A stretch of DNA of 60,987 bases, counting the filler, from Globobulimina sp. (Eukaryota): assembly GCA_003354225.1 (NCBI GenBank). It is 12 parts of 12 records of this genome, joined end to end, with 100 filler letters (N's around TTAATTAATTAA, not from the genome) between each part and the next. Parts side by side here need not be neighbours in the genome. Positions count along the whole stretch, not along the records: positions 56,007 to 60,987 come from PIVH01000794.1; 11 more parts are not named here. One strand, given 5' to 3'. Position numbers and translations under genes: made by a program. Below the pieces are notes generated by a model. It saw only the letters and a program-made list of their open reading frames with translations. It did no database searches and had not been told where the DNA came from. Positions 57,988 through 60,987 of the stretch are shown here, piece by piece (position 1 is the stretch's first letter; every line of letters begins with the position of its first letter).

Positions 57988-60987
57988 TCAAATTTCTCCA
58001 TTTTTATATTCATGCAATTCCTCAGATAGGTGTTGATCGAAATCTTGCTTCACCAATAATGTATGTATTATCTTTGCGTGGCCGCATAGAGAGTTAACGA
58101 CTTGATCGTATTTATTCTTGTCCTCTTCGTTATATCTTGAATCACATTTGTTTTTATGATCGATCGCATCCTTTAATCCAAATTTTGTATAAATGATACT
58201 ATCAAATCCATAAGCTGCCGATGATAGATTGCTATGGCGCGAATCCTCGACATCATCATAATTCTTATGTTGTAAATCTTCCGCTTTGGCAAATTTTTGT
58301 ACATGTTCTTGATTAGATGTGCTGAATGCACCAATTGGCATATTTAAATCATTCAGACTTGTCACCATCTTATGCCTAATGACATAATAATGAAATGCTT
58401 CGTATGTGAAATTAAATTCAGGCACGCATTGAAGAATTAATTTGTATTTCCTGCATGATAATCGTTGATATTTCTTATGATCTGCACCATTGACACCGCC
58501 ATCAAATGTATTCTTCTCTATTAAACGTCGCATTTGTTGTGTCAAATGCATTATTTCCAATAAGCACACAAATGTAAAAATACGATTTACTTTCTTAAAA
58601 GCACCAAATAAAATCGTTAATATGTCATACCTATATATATTGTAAATATAAAATTCAGTTTCAAACTGAAAATGCAAACAAACAGATAAGAAACATACCA
58701 AAATCTCAAAATTACTGTGCATTGCTTATTTGTTAATGTGAAGTTATAATTTTTATCATCCAATCCTTTCGTCCATTGCTTTAAAAAACATCCTCTGACT
58801 TTATAATTCTCGTTCATCGCTGTTATTGTTGATTTTTTTAATACCTTATTGTTGAAATGTACTAATCGCTTGGCGGTGAATATGAATATGGTTGTTGGTA
58901 CTCGAAGGGCGTAATGCATCGGGTCGACGAAATATATATTGTACGCAACCCAATCTCTTTGTGGTTGATATACAATGGGGGTTTTCCCTCTTCCTCCATA
59001 TCCTGTCATTAATTCCTCATCTCGTGCTAAGGCCAGTCGTTTTTTGTGTTGGCGTACTTGTTTTGGATCCTTTGAATCGTAGGTATTGGGATCCACATAA
59101 AAATGCTCGTCCAATACATCCAAATCACGTTTGCATTCTTTTTTATATTCCGGGACGGATTGAATGAATCGCCAATGCTTTCCTTGATGGCGTGGTGGTT
59201 TTTTATCATCTTTATCTTGTTTTATTTCGTGCGGGTAATAAAACGGCAAATTTGCCAAAAACAATGTATCATTCAAATGCTGCATGAAATCAAATGTCTT
59301 CTTCTGAGGATCGTAAATAACAACATCGGATATCGCCATCTTCCCAGCGGCTCCTGTTTGACCTTTATCTTTTTTCCCGCCCGCTAAATCAAACACCACT
59401 CCAAATAATATTGTAAATACAATTGATTTCGAATTACCATTTGAATCTTTAAAAAATATCTCCCACGGTTCAGCGTCTTCCTCCGGAGGTTCTCGTTTCC
59501 GATCCACAATCTTTTTCACTGCGTCGTAAAAAAAAGTACCACGTAATGCGAAACATTGCATAGTATTCTCATCATCATTCACATATAATGTTCGCATCAA
59601 TATCCTGGGACTGCCTTCCGTCCCGTCATCCCAGTCGCAAATCTTTAAAGAATGTAATGTTTTTTTTGAATTTGTTGTGTATCCATCGAAATATCCAACC
59701 AATACTAATTGAACCTCAAATTGCGATTCTTCTCTCCCATCATACCTCGATTGGTGATGCCTGAATTTCTTAAATTTCGGATTAGTGACACAATCAGTCA
59801 ATCTCTCCTCGAATAATGCCTCAACATCGACTGTCACACCAATATATTTATCCGGATTTCTCTTTTTACCGCGCCTCCCATCGACTTTCTCATCTTCTTC
59901 ATCTATATTATAATTTTTTTGTTTTTTAACCTCCAGTTAGTTACCTCCAGTTACCCCCGTTACCTCCAGTTTAAAATCAATTTTTTTTGAATTTTTTTTG
60001 AATTTTCGTAGTTTGGTTCAAAAAAATTATAAATATAGATGAGGAAGATGACAAAATCAATTATATACACACCATTATTGTGTGAATTGGCGCCATTGTC
60101 TTGATTCTTTAATTCCTCTTCATCATTATCGTCCTCTTCTTTATCATTATCGTCGGTCTCTTCCTCTTCATCGGTCTCTTCCTCTTCGTCGGTCTCTTGA
60201 CTCTCTTCACTCTCTTCCTCTTCGTCTGTCTCTTCCTCTTCATCTGATCGTGATGCAATTCTCTGACGTAAATCAGCAATTCTTTGTGATACTTCCTCGT
60301 TTTTCTTAATGTGCTTGCGCAATTTTTTATGTCGCACAGCCGTAAACCTCGCAAAATCTGTATCTATCTCGAGAGTATCCCGTAATATTGGCACAAATCC
60401 CGTCCCTGCATCATATCGTTTTAATTCATAGATGTCCAATGCTGTCCATTTCTTATTATCAGTTACCACGCCTCCACCAAATTTAACTCCATCTGCAGTG
60501 TATTTGATAATACTTCGGCCATGGGGTCCCATCACCTTTGTATTAATCATACGGGATCCCCTTTGTTGCCGGTGGTTAACACCTAACGCATATTCAGTGA
60601 TTGCGATTTTAAATATTCTTTCTGGATCGCACTCATCGACCCGAAAGTCATCGTTAATTTGCCTCGTCCATCTCTTTTTCTCTTTTTTTAACTCACCATA
60701 TTCATCTTTCAATATCTGTATCCTGTTAAATTGTTTTATATCATTTTCAGATAAATACATATGTAAACAATCATCCACAATGTTGGCTCTGTAAATGTTT
60801 CCTGTTCGCCCGACTTCGTCTTTACGATGCCCAGGTAATAATCTTCCACCTCTCTGCCATTGTTTTTCCCTCTCTTTGCATCTTTGCCTATCTCTCCTCA
60901 AATAATACAATGACTTGCGTAGTTCGTCGTTTTTCCTTTTCTCCTTTGCGAATTCTGTGCGTGATTGTTGTATTTTACTGGATAAAT
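57988..60987 (-). CDS. RAG1/Transib/Chapaev-like DDE transposase, 5'-truncated; introns 59903-60072, 58631-58698
   Basis: Three ORFs splice in frame. Ordered motifs LVGYFDGY (D at 59685-59687), YVNDDEN, GVVFDLAG (D at 59388-59390), GRGKTPI, VDPMHYALR, LTNKQCTVIL, AFHYYVIRH, PIGAFSTSNQEHVQK (E at 58306-58308). Confidence 0.75.
59928..59972. repeat. Intronic (TACCTCCAGT)-type 10-bp repeat x4
   Basis: aacctccagttagttacctccagttacccccgttacctccagttt. Confidence 0.8.

Overview
This window is not one locus. It is 12 unrelated contigs of about 5 kb (5001 down to 4981 bp, sorted by length) joined by artificial 100-nt N44-TTAATTAATTAA-N44 linkers. The DNA is AT-rich, gene-dense and eukaryotic, with the standard code and short GT-AG introns. 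The protein families suggest a rhizarian protist, probably a foraminiferan (inference). Recognisable genes: WD40 and PH-BEACH-WD40 proteins, a GPCR-like protein, a SAM methyltransferase, a degenerate GFAT/GlmS SIS-only protein, cytoplasmic dynein heavy chain, ubiquitin-like/ARM, thiamine triphosphatase, cyclopropane fatty acid synthase, a mucin-lectin, an RNF213-like AAA+ ATPase, an OAC1/SLC25A35 carrier, a GT-A glycosyltransferase, TMEM18 (missed by the ORF track), ankyrin and a triple CNB-RGS protein. Best leads: (1) a spliced RAG1/Transib-like DDE transposase on the last contig, beside a co-oriented orphan gene, a 10-bp satellite and duplicated GNA-triloop hairpins; (2) most introns longer than about 60 nt fold back on themselves, and many end in short direct repeats of the upstream exon end, which is introner/MITE-like, while three introns in unrelated genes share a 15-17 bp motif; (3) a dispersed TIR (MITE) family and free hairpins; (4) a catalytically stripped GFAT with a possible mitochondrial presequence. 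All homology calls come from motif recognition by eye; no database searches were run.
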